From an uncultured Acidimicrobiia bacterium (GTDB lineage Bacteria > Acidobacteriota > Terriglobia > Versatilivoradales > Versatilivoraceae), in the NCBI GenBank assembly GCA_963786955.1, contig CAWBAT010000005.1, positions 1,632,001 to 1,696,000 of the forward strand: 64,000 nucleotides of DNA, read 5' to 3'. This document shows, one piece after another, positions 10,805-22,137 of this stretch (position 1 is the stretch's first letter; every line of letters begins with the position of its first letter). The notes under the pieces are model-generated. The model was not told the origin of the DNA. It did no database searches and saw nothing but the letters and a program-made list of their open reading frames with translations. A program made the position numbers and the translations under genes.

Positions 10805-12016
10805 TTGGACTCTCCGACACTACTGAACGCAAGCAGTGATCCTGAGCAACGGTGGCTGAAACAGATTGCGACGTTCTTGGGCCTTATCTTTGGGACGATT
10901 GTTCTCACGTTTTGTTTTTTTGCCAGTTCGCTCTGCATCACCATAGTCCTGTCGGCATTTCTTGCAATCCTGGTTGACCCACTGGTTGTTCGAGTAGCAA
11001 AGATCGGCCTGGGACGGGTTCTGGCCTCAGGATTAGTGGTATTGTGTTTCATGCTTCTCGCAGGGACCTTGACTTATGTTCTCTATACTAGGGCATCTGC
11101 TTTTGCAGAAGAGTTTCCCAGCTACAAATCCCAAATTCAACGGGCCTTGGCGCCCCTCGTCAGCAAATTCGAGCGTTTTGAGCAAAACGCAGAGTCCATT
11201 GCACCACTAGTACAAGGCTCGAAACACGTGACGGAAGTCACGGTTAGAGAAGCACCGACGAACTGGCCGAGTTTTCTAGTCCGAGGCGTCGGATCGATAT
11301 CCGGTGTCCTGATCATGGGCGGGGTACTGCCCTTCTTGGTGTTTTTCATGTTGGTCTGAAAAGATCAGATGAGTATTCGCCTCGTCAACATGTTCGAAGG
11401 CAGAATCGATGTTCCCAAGTTTGTCAGTAATCTTGGTGATATGATCCGCGGATTTGTGATGGGGAATCTTATTGTTGGATCCATTATGGCCGTAGGTACG
11501 TCAGTGGTTTTTTGGGTTCTCGGAATGAAGGGAGCTGTGACCTTGGGGATCGTGAGCGCGTTTCTGAATCTGATTCCCTTTCTCGGTCTCCTGCTAGCCA
11601 CCGCAGTTCCATTGGCGGCGGCTCTCCTGCAGTTTAACACCCTCGGTCCCTTCCTCACCATTGCGATCACGGTCCTTCTTTTTCATTTGATCGCCGCGAA
11701 CTTCTTGATTCCCAAATTGATCGGCTCGCGTCTTCTGGTCGGACCTGTGGCAGTAACCATTGGCATGCTGTTTTGGGGCTGGCTGTGGGGGATCATGGGA
11801 TTATTGTTGGCCGTTCCGCTTACGGCCTTCGTCAAGCTGATTGCCGATTCGCGCCCTTCGCTCATTCATCTCTCAAACCTCCTAACAGAAGATCCTCGTC
11901 CCATTTCACGATGGGCACGCTTCGGTGAAAACACGATACAGAGGGTAAAGCCTTATTTGAAGAGGAGAACCTCTCAAAAACCGAGCGGCGATCCACCGCA
12001 TTCGATAAGCGCTTGA
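10805..12016 (+). CDS. AI-2E family transporter interrupted by an in-frame TGA at 11357-11359
   Basis: Hydrophobic ORFs 10805-11359 and 11369-12016 are in the same frame; LAILVDPLV, LNLIPFLG, WGWLWGIMGLLLAVPLTA motifs. Confidence 0.88.
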
Positions 12017-13129
12017 ATTGAAAGCGTCCCTGTGTGACTCTGGCCCCCTTCACTCATTTCAAAAACTTCTATTATCCGTCCTTCCCGAATGACCTCGCCA
12101 TAATTTCCGGCACTTCTTTTAGCATGCGCAGTGCCCGCCAAATTAACTTCCCCAACGACGCTCAGCATGGAACAATCGCCAATGGCTTTCGCTACTTTTC
12201 GGCCAGGCAAAACACCCTGCCCAACCCGCACAGTCGGCCAGGATGCTGCGCCCGATACCTTTGCCACGCGCTGGATCACCCCGGAATCAACCGTCAGCCC
12301 TGTCCGCGAGATGGTCTGGAAGTAAAGCTCATCGCCGGCTATTTCGACGAGCATGAATGAACGGTCCTGGTCGTACCCGGCCGCGGTCAGGTCCGTCTTC
12401 CTCAGGTTGCCCTTTCGCAACTCGCCTGAAGCTCCTTCGGTGAAATAGTAGATGCCATTTTGCGGCTTCACCCGCTCATAAACGTGCTCGTGTCCGGCGA
12501 AGACGACCTGCACCCCGTATTTTACGAACAGGGGTTCCAGCAGAAGGCGGAGTTCGGTCGAAGAGCCATGGAAGGCCCCGGAAGAATAGAGCGGGTGATG
12601 GAAATAGCAGATTTTCCAATCCGACCCTGAGTTCTGCAGTTCTTTCTCCAGCCACGAGAGCTGCTGCGGGTTCATGTAATTGCTGTCCAGGGCGAAGAAG
12701 CGGACGTTGCTTTTCTTGTACGTGTAATATTTCTGCCCGTTCATGTTGAAAGACTTATAGAACCGCTCGTTGGGGCTGTCGTGGTTGCCGAGCACTGCGT
12801 AGAATTTTACGCCCGCATCGAGCAAGAGCTTGTAGGGCCGCTCGAACTTGCTTTCGTAATCGCTCGGGTTGCTCCCGCCATAGATGTTGTCGCCCAGCGC
12901 AATCACGAACTCAAAGGGAAATTTCAGGTGATACCTTAATCATCTGCCCGGCCACTTCATATTGCGGCTTCTCTCCCGTCCCCATGTCGCCGATGGCCGC
13001 AAAGCGCACCGAGTCCGTTTTCAGCGGCAGGGTCAGCTCCTGGGCGTAGAGCGACAGGCTTATTGCGGCGAGAGCAACACAGGTGACGAAGACGAAGCGG
13101 CGCATAGCAGGCATAATAGAAACCCTCAA
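11974..13129 (-). CDS. Exported metallophosphoesterase (calcineurin-like / purple acid phosphatase-like), one frameshift
   Basis: Signal-peptide-like N-terminus; GDMG, LGDNIY, LGNHD, FHHP and AGHEH motifs across ORFs 12911-13129 and 11974-12906. Confidence 0.9.
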
Positions 13130-13711
13130 GGAATGGCGTTCGGGATGAGATCCACAATCAAACGGGCTTCGGTGTCCTGCAACGTCAGGTCACGCCCGAC
13201 GATCCGATACGTCAGCTCCGGGGGCAGTTCAGGCAGCTTGAGCAATAAAGTCGGCGGCGTGGTCGTCACCGGCATCTCTTCCGGGATCACGTCGTTCACA
13301 TGCAGAGCGATGACCTTGAACGGGGCGTCCTGCTGGATTGTCTGGCGCGCAAGCCGGCCTTCGGGTCCGTGAAATGCACTGCGGATGATTTTGCGGAACT
13401 GCTCAGTCACCTCGTGAGTGAAGATGTCACCCTGACGTGCGTCGCGTCGCGCGTCGACAATTTTCCTGGCCAGCGCGTGCTGGTGTTCGACAATCTCGCG
13501 CCGCGTCCTTCGTAGGCTTCAGGGCCGGCAGCGAAGCTTCCAGGTTCTTTTGCATCTTGACGTATGCCTGGACGCGGTCGGTAAAGATCTTGAAGTCGCG
13601 CGCCTCCTCACTGTCCTGCGGCGTCTGCGCCTGGCCCGCAAAGCCTGGCGTCACACACGGAAAAAGAGAAAGACACAGGAGAAGGCGGGTGACCCGGATT
13701 TGGCTCTTCAT
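13126..13711 (-). CDS. Exported hypothetical protein, one frameshift
   Basis: Signal-peptide-like start; C-terminus PPTLLLKLPELPPELTYRIVGRDLTLQDTEARLIVDLIPNAIP; stop overlaps the phosphoesterase start. Confidence 0.7.
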
Positions 13712-13963
13712 AGATTCTCCCGGACAGAAAGTTAGGACTGCCGCGACTGCAGAACTGCGGGCTCCGGCTGGCGAGCCTTCACTGTGGCGTTTGCTGTCCC
13801 TGGCGTGAATATTGGATGAGTGCGCGGGGGAAGTCGCAACCAGGCTTCACATTCATCATAACCGCTCGTGCGAACATGTCGCTCCCCCGACATTCGCCTC
13901 CCACAAGATCCCAGCTGGACAGTTCGATGGCACACTTCTTATTATCCACGGGGGGTAATTCGC

Positions 13964-14006
13964 GTGTAAGTTCAGTATTGCTCAAACGTGTGGTCAATAT
14001 TGCTCA
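13964..14006 (-). promoter_or_regulatory. Tandem Crp-like operator, copy C
   Basis: Minus strand TGAGCAATATTGACCA CACGTT TGAGCAATACTGAACT TACAC; CTTACA-18 bp-GATAAT; points to the 13711 operon. Confidence 0.78.
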
Positions 14007-14075
14007 TACCAATTCATGAGGGGGGAACTATCGTATATGGTCGGTCCCGAGTTGGTGATGGATGCTTCGCAGGGG

Positions 14076-15155
14076 CTAAGACTCCTCCAGGGATTCTTTC
14101 ACCATTTCTTCGACACGTTCCCTGACCGCTTCCTTCACCGCTTCCTTGACCGTCTCTTTCATTTCTTGCATATTCAGACTCGCGCTCCCGGCTTCTGACG
14201 CCACCTCTTTGAGCGCTTCTTTCACGATGGGGTTCAGTGGCGACAGCTCCTTGACCAGCGCTTTCACGTCCTTCTTGCGACTTTGGGTTTGGCTTCGGAC
14301 TGCTGGTTCTCTTGGACTCGCGCTCATCGCCCAATCCGTTTCAAAAGTTTTAATCAAACCGTTCACCACTTCCGGTTCACGAACAATAACACCGACTTCG
14401 CGGCGCGAATCCAGTTCGGCCATGCGCAGGCTCTGGCTGCCCACAAAGGCCTGATCGCGGTCACGGATGATCGTGCGCGTGTGCAAGCGCAGCTTGGCGA
14501 GATTCCGGACTTCCAGACCAGGGTTTTCCTTGCTTATGCGGCCGATGACTTTGATCTCCACCCCCGCCTTCGACCCTCTCGCTAAGGGCGCGCAGCATTT
14601 CCGGGTCGGCGATCATGGGGTCGTAGATGAGCAACTCCTTCTTGGCCTGGCTGATAAACGCGGCGAGCAGTTTACGGGCGTTGACGGGGCTGACAACAAA
14701 AGTATCCAGTGAGGGTGTATAGGGGTTCCGCGTGGTATCAGCCTCAAATAACTTCACCGCTTCTTGGACGAACCTGGCGTTCCTGGTGACGATGCCGAAG
14801 CCGCGACTATGGTCGATATCAAGGTGGGTGAAGTTGAAGGACAGGACGTAGAGCAGCGACGGTCGATAATCATCAGCTTGTCGTGATAGCGCACCAGATC
14901 GTCAGCGGTCCGCGAAACGGCGACGCCCACTTCGAGCAGACGCATCTCGAGCTTGCGCAGGTTTATCTCGCCGCCCCGGTTGGTGTAGGCAATCAACGCG
15001 CTCACCGAAACGCCGCGGCCGACCGCAGCCTTCAGCTCCGCCTCAATCTCGGCGCGGTCGAAACGGAAGATCACGATCTCGATGCTTTTCTTGGCGTTTC
15101 TGATTCCCGAAAGCAGCGCCGCGATTCCGTCGTCAGGTTGGATTAAAAGTTTCAC
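14076..15155 (-). CDS. Phospholipase D-like (HKD) protein, two frameshifts
   Basis: YHDKLMIID (HxKxxxxD) and a degenerate second copy LHTRTIIRD..AFVGSQSL; pieces 14754-15155, 14461-14757 and 14076-14561. Confidence 0.82.
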
Positions 15156-15505
15156 GGGCGTTTCACCAAGTGGTCAGGACGAGTTTTCGGGACCGGAAGG
15201 TGTTGCGATAGTCTCGGCGGGCGCTGAAAGGGCCCCCAGCCGCGAGGCGCGGCCAAACAAGCCAAAACCGCCATCCTCTTTCTTCGACTGATGCTAGAGT
15301 CTTTAAATTTGCAAGTCAAGGAAGAGTCAAAGGAACGGGTCAAAAGCATTAGGGGGGCTCATCGTCGACGATGTGCACCGATCTCGCTTCTTCCTCGTGC
15401 TTTTAGTTCGCCTCTCTAAGACTCTGTGCATGACCCGCTATCAATCTCGGACACTTCGCACCTTCCACTCATGTCCCCAAGATAGTTCTTCCTCATGGAT
15501 GGGTA

Positions 15506-15548
15506 TGAGCAATTTTGATCAGGTGTGTGAGCAATACTGGGCTGACAC
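15506..15548 (+). promoter_or_regulatory. Tandem Crp-like operator, copy D
   Basis: TGAGCAATTTTGATCA GGTGTG TGAGCAATACTGGGCT GACAC; CTGACA-18 bp-TATAAG; points to the gene at 15709. Confidence 0.78.
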
Positions 15549-15708
15549 GCGAACTATCGCTGCGGTATAAGAGAGTTTGGCTGGCATTGCCAGCCCAAAT
15601 AATGGCGACGCGCTTTGCCCTATCTTGACCCAAGATTGACCAGATTGCTGCTCGCGACGGCTGTGCGGAAAAACAAGGAATCGGACTTCGCTTTTGTGAG
15701 GAGGGACC

Positions 15709-16623
15709 ATGCGAAATTACAAGAGAATTTTCTCCATCATTCTTGCTCTTTTTCTGGCGTTGCCCGTCTTTGCTCAGCAGGCTAAGACCACTGTCGCGCT
15801 TTGGCGCGACCGGGGCGACGTTGCGGCATTGGACCTCCTGGGCGGGCCGGGAGGGAAAGAACACCAGCCGGGGACCAAGTTCAAATTCATCGAGGAATCT
15901 AAGAGCGGAACTGCTCCCAAGTTTGATGTCGAAGATGAAAACGGTGCCAAGTGGAAGGTGAAACTCGGCCCCGAGGTGAAGTCGGAAACTGCTGCAACGC
16001 GCCTCGTGTGGGCTGCGGGTTACTTTGCCGACGAGGACTACTACCGGCCGCAAATCCGCGTGCAAGGAATGAAACGGCTCTCCCGCGGTCAGAAGTACGT
16101 CTCAGACGGTGGCCTTGTCCGCGAGGTGCGTTTGGAGCGCCAAGGCGGCGGGAAGAAATTGAAGAACTGGAGCTGGTACGAAAACCCCTTTGCCGGCACG
16201 CGCGAATTCAACGGCCTTCGAGTGATGATGGCGCTGATCAACAATTGGGACATGAAGGAAATCAACAACGAGATCCTCGATGTGAATGGCGAGTCCCGTT
16301 ATGAGGTGGCCGACCTGGGCGCCAGTTTCGGGCGCACTGGCAATCTCATCGGCCGCAGCAAGGCCGTGATGAAGGACTACGCGGAAACCAAGTTTATCGA
16401 AAAGGTCACGCCCGAATACGTGGACTTCGTCTTTCATACGAAGATGGAGAGTGTGGGCAAGAACATTCCAATCGCCGACGCACGCTGGCTCGGCAACCGG
16501 CTCGGCCAGTTTTCCGCTGAACAGATCGGCGACTGCTTTCGCGCTGCCGGCTTCTCGCCCGCCGAGGTCGAGGGCTATACCAGGGTCGTGATGCAGCGCA
16601 TCGAGGCGCTGAAGAAGCTATAG
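15709..16623 (+). CDS. Exported hypothetical protein with atypical protein-kinase-like motifs
   Basis: GAGGAGG RBS; signal peptide (..LPVFA); SGTAPK..WKVK..E, NNWDMKEINN and ADLGASFG resemble HipA/CotH-type kinase motifs. Confidence 0.7.
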   Translation: MRNYKRIFSIILALFLALPVFAQQAKTTVALWRDRGDVAALDLLGGPGGKEHQPGTKFKFIEESKSGTAPKFDVEDENGAKWKVKLGPEVKSETAATRLVWAAGYFADEDYYRPQIRVQGMKRLSRGQKYVSDGGLVREVRLERQGGGKKLKNWSWYENPFAGTREFNGLRVMMALINNWDMKEINNEILDVNGESRYEVADLGASFGRTGNLIGRSKAVMKDYAETKFIEKVTPEYVDFVFHTKMESVGKNIPIADARWLGNRLGQFSAEQIGDCFRAAGFSPAEVEGYTRVVMQRIEALKKL

Positions 16624-16848
16624 CCGCCCCGCCCGCCGCTGAGTGAATTCTATGTCTTGGGCCCAGTATGTGCCGGCCGTTCTTATGGCCTCTCACCCTT
16701 GGGTGTCGTCCCCCATCCACGACACAGAAAACAAGGGAAAAACCTTGCGGGCAGCATTCTATGGGTGCTCCGGCGGGATCTGGCCGCCATCGCTGCGCAC
16801 AGTCTACTTTACGGTCCGGGGTGAATAGGTTATCGTCGGAGCCGTCGG

Positions 16849-18679
16849 CTAGGTTTTTCGCGTGTCCGCCGCTTGGGGATCTTCCTTGCGAAACTGGATG
16901 TCGTAGAGCTCCGAATAGAGGCCGCCTGCCGCCAGCAGTTCGTCGTGGGTGCCACGCTCGACGAGAGTATTGTCTTTCACCACAAAGATGATTTTGGCGC
17001 GCCGGATCGTCGCCAGGTGGTGCGCGATGACGATGGAGGTCCTGCCTTTCATCAAACGGTCCAGGGCTTCGAACACGGCTTGCTCGGACGCTGCATCCAG
17101 TCCTGATGTGGGCTCGTCCAGAACCAGAATGGGAGTATTGCGGATCACGGCCCGCGCGATGGCGATGCGCTGGCGCTGGCCCCCGGAAAGCGTCACGCCG
17201 CGCTCGCCGACCATCGTGTCGTAGCCCTCGGGCATCTTCTCGATGAACTCGTGGGCGTTGGCCAGTTTTGCGGCCTGGATAATCTCCGCGCGGTTGGCTT
17301 CCGGGCGGCCATAGGCGATGTTCTGCCAGATGGGTGCGTGGAACAGAAGCGTCTCCTGCAGAACAAAACTAATCTGCTGGCGAAGCGATTTCATCGTGTA
17401 GTTGCGGATATTTGTCCCGTCGATTTTGACTTCCCCGGAGAGGGGATCGTAGAAGCGCGCAACCAGGCTGATGATCGTCGACTTGCCGCCCCCCGTCGGG
17501 CCGACGAATGCCGCGACCTGGCCCGGCTCGATCTCGAAGCTGACATCTTTCAGGATCAATTGGTCTGGGTTGTACCCAAACGAGACTTTATCAAATTCGA
17601 TTTTGCCCTTGAAGCGCGGGGCGCGGCGCGCGCCTGGCAGGTCACGCATCCCGCTCTCGGTCTCCAGAACTTCGCGGATCCGCTCGAATCCCACCGCGGC
17701 CTTTGAGACCGTGTCCGTCATTTTGGAAAGGTCACGCATGGGCTTATACATCTTGCCCAGGTAGAGCAAAAAGACGACCAGCGCGCCAGCGGTGAGTTGG
17801 CCCGCCAGCACCAGGCGCGCGCCATAACCGAGCATCAAGCAGGTCCCGGTCGCCACGATAATCTCGACGATGGGCGAGAGCTTCATCTTGATGCTTCGCG
17901 CCAGCAGGGCCATCTCGACATTCTCCAGGCTCTGGCGCTCGAAGCGGCGCTCCTCGTAGTCCTCGCGGGCAAAGGCCTTGACCACGCGGATCGAGGAGAA
18001 AACTTCTTCGACAATCGAAACCAGCTCGCTCTCTTTCTTTCTTACGTCGCGCGAGGCTTTCTTGATGCGCCGGGTGAAGAAGTAAACTACCAGGAAGAGC
18101 ACGGGCGCAATGGAGAGCGAGATGAGCGTGAAACGCCAGTTCAGGTAAAGCATGACCCCGATGATCCCCAGCAGGGTGAGGACATTGGTCAAGATGCCCA
18201 ACAGCGCCGTGGTGATAAAGTCCTGAATGGCTTCGATGTCGCTCGTCACCCGGCCGATGAGGTCGCCGGTCCTTTTCTCGTCGTGCTCGGCCAGCGACAG
18301 GCGGTGGATGTGGTGATAGAGCGTGCGCCGCAGGTCGTGCATGACCCATTGGCCGACGCTGGTGGTGAGGTATTTCTCCAGGTAGGAGCTGAGTGCGCCG
18401 ACGACGGCGATGACCGCCACCGCCAGCACCGCGAAGTTGAGGACGGCCAGCTTGTCCTGCCCCATCCAGCCGACCATTCCGCTCATCCAGCCGGGCGGAG
18501 CGTTTGGACTGAAGCAGGTAATCGAGAACGATCTTTAGAGGCCAAGGTTCGAGCAGGTCGGTTGCGGCTTCGCCCGCAACCGCCAGCAAGGCCAGCGTCA
18601 GGGCTTTCCAGTGGGGCCGTAAAAGGTCGATGATGCTGAGACCTTTAGGCTTCTTGGCTGCAGGCGGCGTCATCGTCAT
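16849..18679 (-). CDS. ABC exporter (fused permease + ATPase, MsbA-like), one frameshift
   Basis: GPTGGGKST Walker A, LSGGQRQ signature, LVLDEPTS Walker B; N-terminal part lies in ORF 17744-18679. Confidence 0.92.
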
Positions 18680-18829
18680 TCAACCTTTTGGATATGGATC
18701 CGCTTGGCGACGCAATGGTGAATTTCATAAGCGGAGTAGGATGGTTCAGTTCATCGACACCCATCGGCAAGTATAGCAAACTCCGGAGATCCAGGCCGGT
18801 TAGAATCGGGCTTGGCATGACGTTGGCTG

Positions 18830-18940
18830 TTCCTACCGAGAACTTCATCCAGCACAATCATATGATCGAGGCACTCCCTTTGGATGGATTCGATCAACTG
18901 CCGGATTTCCGCTCCCACATTTGGGCGTCCTGCCGGCTTG
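18830..18940 (-). mobile_element. Remnant of an IS integrase-core (rve) transposase
   Basis: RQLIESIQRECLDHMIVLDE resembles the ERLIGSIRRECLDHVIVLNE segment of integrase-core transposases; short fragment only. Confidence 0.55.
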
Positions 18941-19129
18941 GCTCCCGACTTCCAACGGCCCGTTAGGCTCGGCTTACTATCAATCCACGACCGAACACGA
19001 GGATCATCTTGTGGCAAGGCATTTAGCCTCCGCACAAGACGGGATTCGATCTCGGAGGATTCTGGGAGAGATCTCAACCTGAACACAAGACCGAAGAGGC
19101 TGGATCAGGCTCTCGGTAGGGACACCCGC

Positions 19130-19330
19130 AAATTTAGCCCGCGTGGTTGTTGCCCCGAGTGCAATTGCCTTCTCAATGAGCAAACGGTCAAACTCATAGC
19201 GACTCAACCCGAATGCGCCATCGGGCAGCTGGCTTTGGGTGGAGCGGGTGCGAAAATACAGAATCGATTTTCTGATGGCTACCGGCCGGAGCCGAAGAAA
19301 CTCCTGCCAGATCCCCAGCAATTCCAGAAG
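19130..19330 (-). pseudogene. Fragment of an FAD-dependent oxidoreductase
   Basis: LPDGAFGLSRYEFDRLLIEKAIALGA resembles the 'R..FD..L...A...GA' segment of geranylgeranyl-reductase-like flavoproteins. Confidence 0.4.
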
Positions 19331-19621
19331 TGGAGCAATCTCAGGCGAGAGGCCACGAATCTGCCAGGTCTCTTCCCGAGGAGACGACTGACAAGAATGT
19401 GGGCAACCTCGTGTTCAGTCGGGCTGGGCAGCTCTCGATCCCCGGTTCAAAACGCAGTTGTAAACCATCATCGTTTGGAGGCTAAAACCAAACGGATTCC
19501 TCACCATAGATGCAAATTTCCGAACCGAAAATGTATACATTAACGCATTGCTCTTCAATTTCTTGCAGAGATCTTCAAGCGCTTCAGCCACTTTCATCAA
19601 GTCTAAAACCAATTTCTTGTG

Positions 19622-19664
19622 AGAGCAATTTTGACCACACTCAGGTTCAATACTGAACAGACAA
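19622..19664 (+). promoter_or_regulatory. Tandem Crp-like operator, copy E
   Basis: AGAGCAATTTTGACCA CACTCA GGTTCAATACTGAACA GACAA; CAGACA-18 bp-GATAAT; points to the gene at 19948. Confidence 0.72.
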
Positions 19665-19947
19665 GCCAGTTCCAGCCGAGAGATAATCCCATTAGATTTT
19701 GATGGAGAAATTACTCGTTCTTCACGCTAAACGCCTCTGCCGAATATTGGGAACCGCACTGCTTTAGGCTCTCCTCCCAACTCTTTAAAACTGTGAGCGA
19801 GTTGGCCAGAAAATCGGTATCTGAGGTTGCGCAGGCAGCCAGATCTTGGCAATCGAGAAGAGAAACAAGAGGGACGAGAAACCTAGATGGAATCTTCCCT
19901 TCATCAATGCCCTAGAATTTAAAACGAAATAGTTAGGAACATGCCTT

Positions 19948-21198
19948 ATGAGTAAACCAGTGTTTGGCTCTTGTTGGCTCGGAGTAACCTTCTTTTTGCT
20001 TGCCGTACACGCCGATCCAATTCTGCTCTTAAGTGACACCTTCCGGCGCGAACCCTCTGCGACGATCTCAGGTCGGCTAACAAATTCCCAAGGAAAATTT
20101 CTTGGTGGAGCTCTTATTGATGAAACTAATCTCGGATCTCACCTCGTAGTTTGGGCAAAGACCAACAAAGTTGGTTCGAATCGAATGACAGTACTACCGC
20201 AAGGTCCTTATAGGGTGACGGCACGAATGGTTGGTTTCCGTATGATCGCCAATCCTAGTTTCAAAATGGAGGCGCAGGACAAGATTGCATTGAACTTCTG
20301 TATGGATTGTAGCGCGGTTCCGAATTCCAGTGCGGGCGGAGCAGGGGGGATTGGTGCTGGGGATACGGGAGGCGGTTCTTCGAACCAGACTGAGACATCC
20401 ACCCGGACTACCGCACATGGCCCGCTTGCATTGGCCGGGTCTTCTTCATTGACGCCGAACTCTTACCTCAGCGAAGACCTACAACTTCAGCAAGGGGCCA
20501 ATGGCGACAGTCAGCCGGCTGCAGTTCGCGTCAATTCTTCAATATCCTCTGAAATCGGCGGCTACCTCCTGGGTGATTCAATTAATCTCTTTCCATCGCT
20601 TAAAGGGGATGAAGAAAGTTCTCTGCACTCTTACACTAAAAGCTCTGATTCGATTCTCCCTTCAAACCTACTTATCTCATTTATTGTGAATCCAATGGGC
20701 AGCGAATTTGAGAGAAATTACGGCTTGTCTCCCGAATCCTTTGCGTCGAACGCGGGGGCTGGGTTGGAAACCTCATGGGATGTCCCAGGCTCAGATACTT
20801 CACTGGATGCCGCTGAAATCACTGAGAGAATCATTGTTAAGGGGAATGGTCGAAGCAGCGGAGGTCGTTTGGAGAACTCTTCCAGTGAACAAGTTGTCGC
20901 GGCTTTAGATTCGGAAGGGAATGTCAACATAAAGTCCACGGTTTCAATAGTTTCTGAGCCAAGTGTTTTAATGATGATGGGAGCTGGATTGATCGTCCTG
21001 GCCAGAGTGGCTCGTAGGAGCAACTCAAGAGGTAAAGAAAACAGTCCAGTCGTTGAGGTAAAACCCAGCATGTACCAAACGGCATTATCACCCGCGACGA
21101 GTGGCGCGATGACAACCAATCGTTTTTTAACCATGGTGAAGACCACGACCGCGTCTTCCAGTCCGGCGACGAGGTCTGTTCCAATGGGCGCTGCGTGA
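19948..21198 (+). CDS. Exported Ser/Gly-rich protein with carboxypeptidase-regulatory-like N-domain and degenerate PEP-CTERM signal
   Basis: Signal-like start; ATISGRLT..QG....GA...LPQGPYRVTA; VSEPSVLMMMGAGLIVLARVARR resembles VPEP + TM + basic tail. Confidence 0.55.
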   Translation: MSKPVFGSCWLGVTFFLLAVHADPILLLSDTFRREPSATISGRLTNSQGKFLGGALIDETNLGSHLVVWAKTNKVGSNRMTVLPQGPYRVTARMVGFRMIANPSFKMEAQDKIALNFCMDCSAVPNSSAGGAGGIGAGDTGGGSSNQTETSTRTTAHGPLALAGSSSLTPNSYLSEDLQLQQGANGDSQPAAVRVNSSISSEIGGYLLGDSINLFPSLKGDEESSLHSYTKSSDSILPSNLLISFIVNPMGSEFERNYGLSPESFASNAGAGLETSWDVPGSDTSLDAAEITERIIVKGNGRSSGGRLENSSSEQVVAALDSEGNVNIKSTVSIVSEPSVLMMMGAGLIVLARVARRSNSRGKENSPVVEVKPSMYQTALSPATSGAMTTNRFLTMVKTTTASSSPATRSVPMGAA

Positions 21199-21452
21199 CG
21201 ACTTGGCTTCAGGCCGTCGGCTTAAAAGGTTGCTTCAATATCCAGGACCACAACAATGACGAAGTCATCTCACGTCCAAAATGGAACGTTGGTAAGGGAG
21301 CGAAGTCACGGCCGCGGACAAACAAACCAGCGATCAAGGCCGCCATAACATTTCTACTCTCCAGCTGAGTCTAGACTTCCTTGCAAATGGATTGGCCCAT
21401 GGATGTGACTGGGATCAACTCGATTTTTTGACAGAACTCAACCAGGTGAAAA

Positions 21453-21644
21453 ATGTTGCAGACATTAATAAACTGGTGGCGCGGATACTCTGAAGCGGAA
21501 ATGAAAAATGTGAAGGAAATGCTCTTATCTTCCCAATCCGGTGGTATCTACGTTACACGACGAGAAAGACTTGCTCTCAAAGATTTGAATATTCTGCGAA
21601 AAGCCGAGAAAAGCAGAAAACCTGAAGACCTCAAACGAGCCTAA
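21453..21644 (+). CDS. Small hypothetical protein (63 aa)
   Basis: AGGTG RBS-like sequence before ATG; no family recognised. Confidence 0.4.
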   Translation: MLQTLINWWRGYSEAEMKNVKEMLLSSQSGGIYVTRRERLALKDLNILRKAEKSRKPEDLKRA

Positions 21645-21710
21645 TAGGCGAAGTTTTGCGATGCATTCTTTTAGTGCTGACCTTTCCAAGGATCACGTAG
21701 GCTTCAATGC

Positions 21711-22056
21711 TCACATCTGCTTGGCGATGATTATCCTGGCAATCTTTTCGTGCGTGGCCTCGGGAATAATTTTCTTGGGTTTTATATTAGTTAGGTGCCC
21801 TCATCTTGTAGGGGCACAGTTGATGATCTTTTCTGCATAGGCAACGCCGATCCCGGGAAGGGTTTTCAGTTGATCAGCTGTTGCAATGTTGATCTCGATC
21901 AAGTCGGAAGATTTATATTCGACTAATATAATCGAGCGGCCTTCTTCTTTGTAGCAGGGGCGGGAGCCGGTTTTGTAGCGGCAAGCTTAGGCGCTTAGGC
22001 CAAGCAGAAGTACTCAACATGAGAACGGCAACAGGGGACATTCGTGCCCATGCATA
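21711..22056 (-). pseudogene. ComEA-like helix-hairpin-helix protein, degraded
   Basis: Hand translation DLIEINIATADQLKTLPGIGVAYAEKII...KKIIPEATHEKIARIIIAKQM*, with internal stop and frameshifts; absent from the ORF track; start approximate. Confidence 0.7.
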
Positions 22057-22137
22057 TTGTCTCCTAAATCACATGGTGCCTCCTTTAGCGATTGTGTTTT
22101 CGGGGGCCGGTCAATCCTTAGACAAATCACTCTTCAT

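Noticed and set aside
11357-11359. Selenocysteine or genetic-code reassignment at TGA
   Set aside because: Not a redox-site context, no evident SECIS, and TGA is used as a normal stop elsewhere in the window
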